From Cupriavidus necator (GTDB taxonomy: Bacteria > Pseudomonadota > Gammaproteobacteria > Burkholderiales > Burkholderiaceae), in NCBI RefSeq assembly GCF_016127575.1, contig NZ_CP066019.1, forward strand, positions 2,880,555-2,912,554: a DNA stretch of 32,000 nt, in the 5' to 3' direction. Position 1 is the first letter of the stretch. Every line of letters starts with the position of its first letter. The notes beneath the pieces are model-generated. The model had not been told where the DNA came from. It did no database searches and saw nothing but the letters and a program-made list of their open reading frames with translations. Made by a program: the position numbers and the translations under genes. Shown in pieces: positions 31,844 to 32,000 of this stretch.

Positions 31844-32000
31844 TGACTGACACTGCCGCGCTCTACCAGTTCGCACACGGCCGCACCGGCGACAAGGGCA
31901 ACCGTTCCAACATCAGCGTGATCGCCTACGACGCGCGCGACTACGACCACCTGGTCGAGCACGTGACCGAGGACGCCGTGCGCGCGCTGTTCCGCGAGCG
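31844..32000 (+). CDS. Small AtuA-partner protein (AtuA C-terminal-like domain), 3' truncated by the window end
   Basis: GGAGG SD at 31831-31835. The product begins MTDTAALYQFAHGRTGDKGNRSNISVIAYDARDYDHLVEHV.... The RxGDKGN motif recalls the C-terminal domain of longer AtuA proteins. Confidence 0.55.

Noticed and set aside
29063-31853. 442-aa plus-strand ORF (29063-30391) and 492-aa minus-strand ORF (30375-31853)
   Set aside because: These are antisense shadows of the LysR and AtuA-like genes respectively.
1-32000. Search for tRNA/rRNA genes, CRISPR arrays, IS elements or transposases, integrases and phage or defence genes
   Set aside because: Reading both strands, I found no cloverleaf-like or rRNA-like segments, no regularly spaced direct repeats, no transposase or integrase-like ORFs and no terminal inverted repeats. 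The only repeats are in-gene GGC-type tandem repeats and a 3-copy hexamer.

Overview
This is a high-GC segment (about 70% in sampled 60-nt lines) that looks betaproteobacterial, probably Burkholderiaceae, judging only from a Bug/TctC receptor, an EpsB-type kinase and codon style. Positions 27-10439 hold a mosaic exopolysaccharide locus. It contains a Wzc/EpsB tyrosine kinase, an AT-rich FemAB/GNAT-like transferase islet, a CapD/WbpM-type dehydratase, a DegT aminotransferase, a PAP2-like membrane protein, a GT2 glycosyltransferase and a LuxR-type regulator with a degenerate receiver domain. Positions 11157-20499 are mostly housekeeping or catabolic. They carry two tiny secreted P/R/H/W-rich proteins, cyanase, a deaminase coupled to a CynX-like MFS transporter, a LysR regulator, a phosphoribosyltransferase, and a GntR / Bug receptor / LeuCD-like hydratase module. 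The stand-out region is 21224-26425, preceded by about 720 bp of non-coding leader. It is a five-gene operon encoding three Cys-free secreted low-complexity proteins, a periplasmic stand-alone C39 cysteine peptidase, and an outer-membrane beta-barrel with an N-terminal coiled coil. One of the secreted proteins has a roughly 300-aa GGAGG/GGN (PGRS-like) glycine domain. The organisation resembles the Pseudomonas Fap functional-amyloid machinery (FapD/FapF) but has different cargo. All three cargo proteins carry a D-x-[IMV]-R-G-G double-glycine-type motif downstream of their Sec signal, and all share a C-terminal AAGI..QNSG..Q module. Positions 26640-32000 carry a DUF1269-like membrane protein, a LivK-like binding protein, an SDR, a LysR regulator and a split AtuA-like pair that is truncated at the window end. 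I saw no rRNA, tRNA, CRISPR array or IS element. Many long ORFs in the track are antisense or off-frame shadows typical of high-GC DNA. All family assignments come from motif reading by eye, since no searches could be run.
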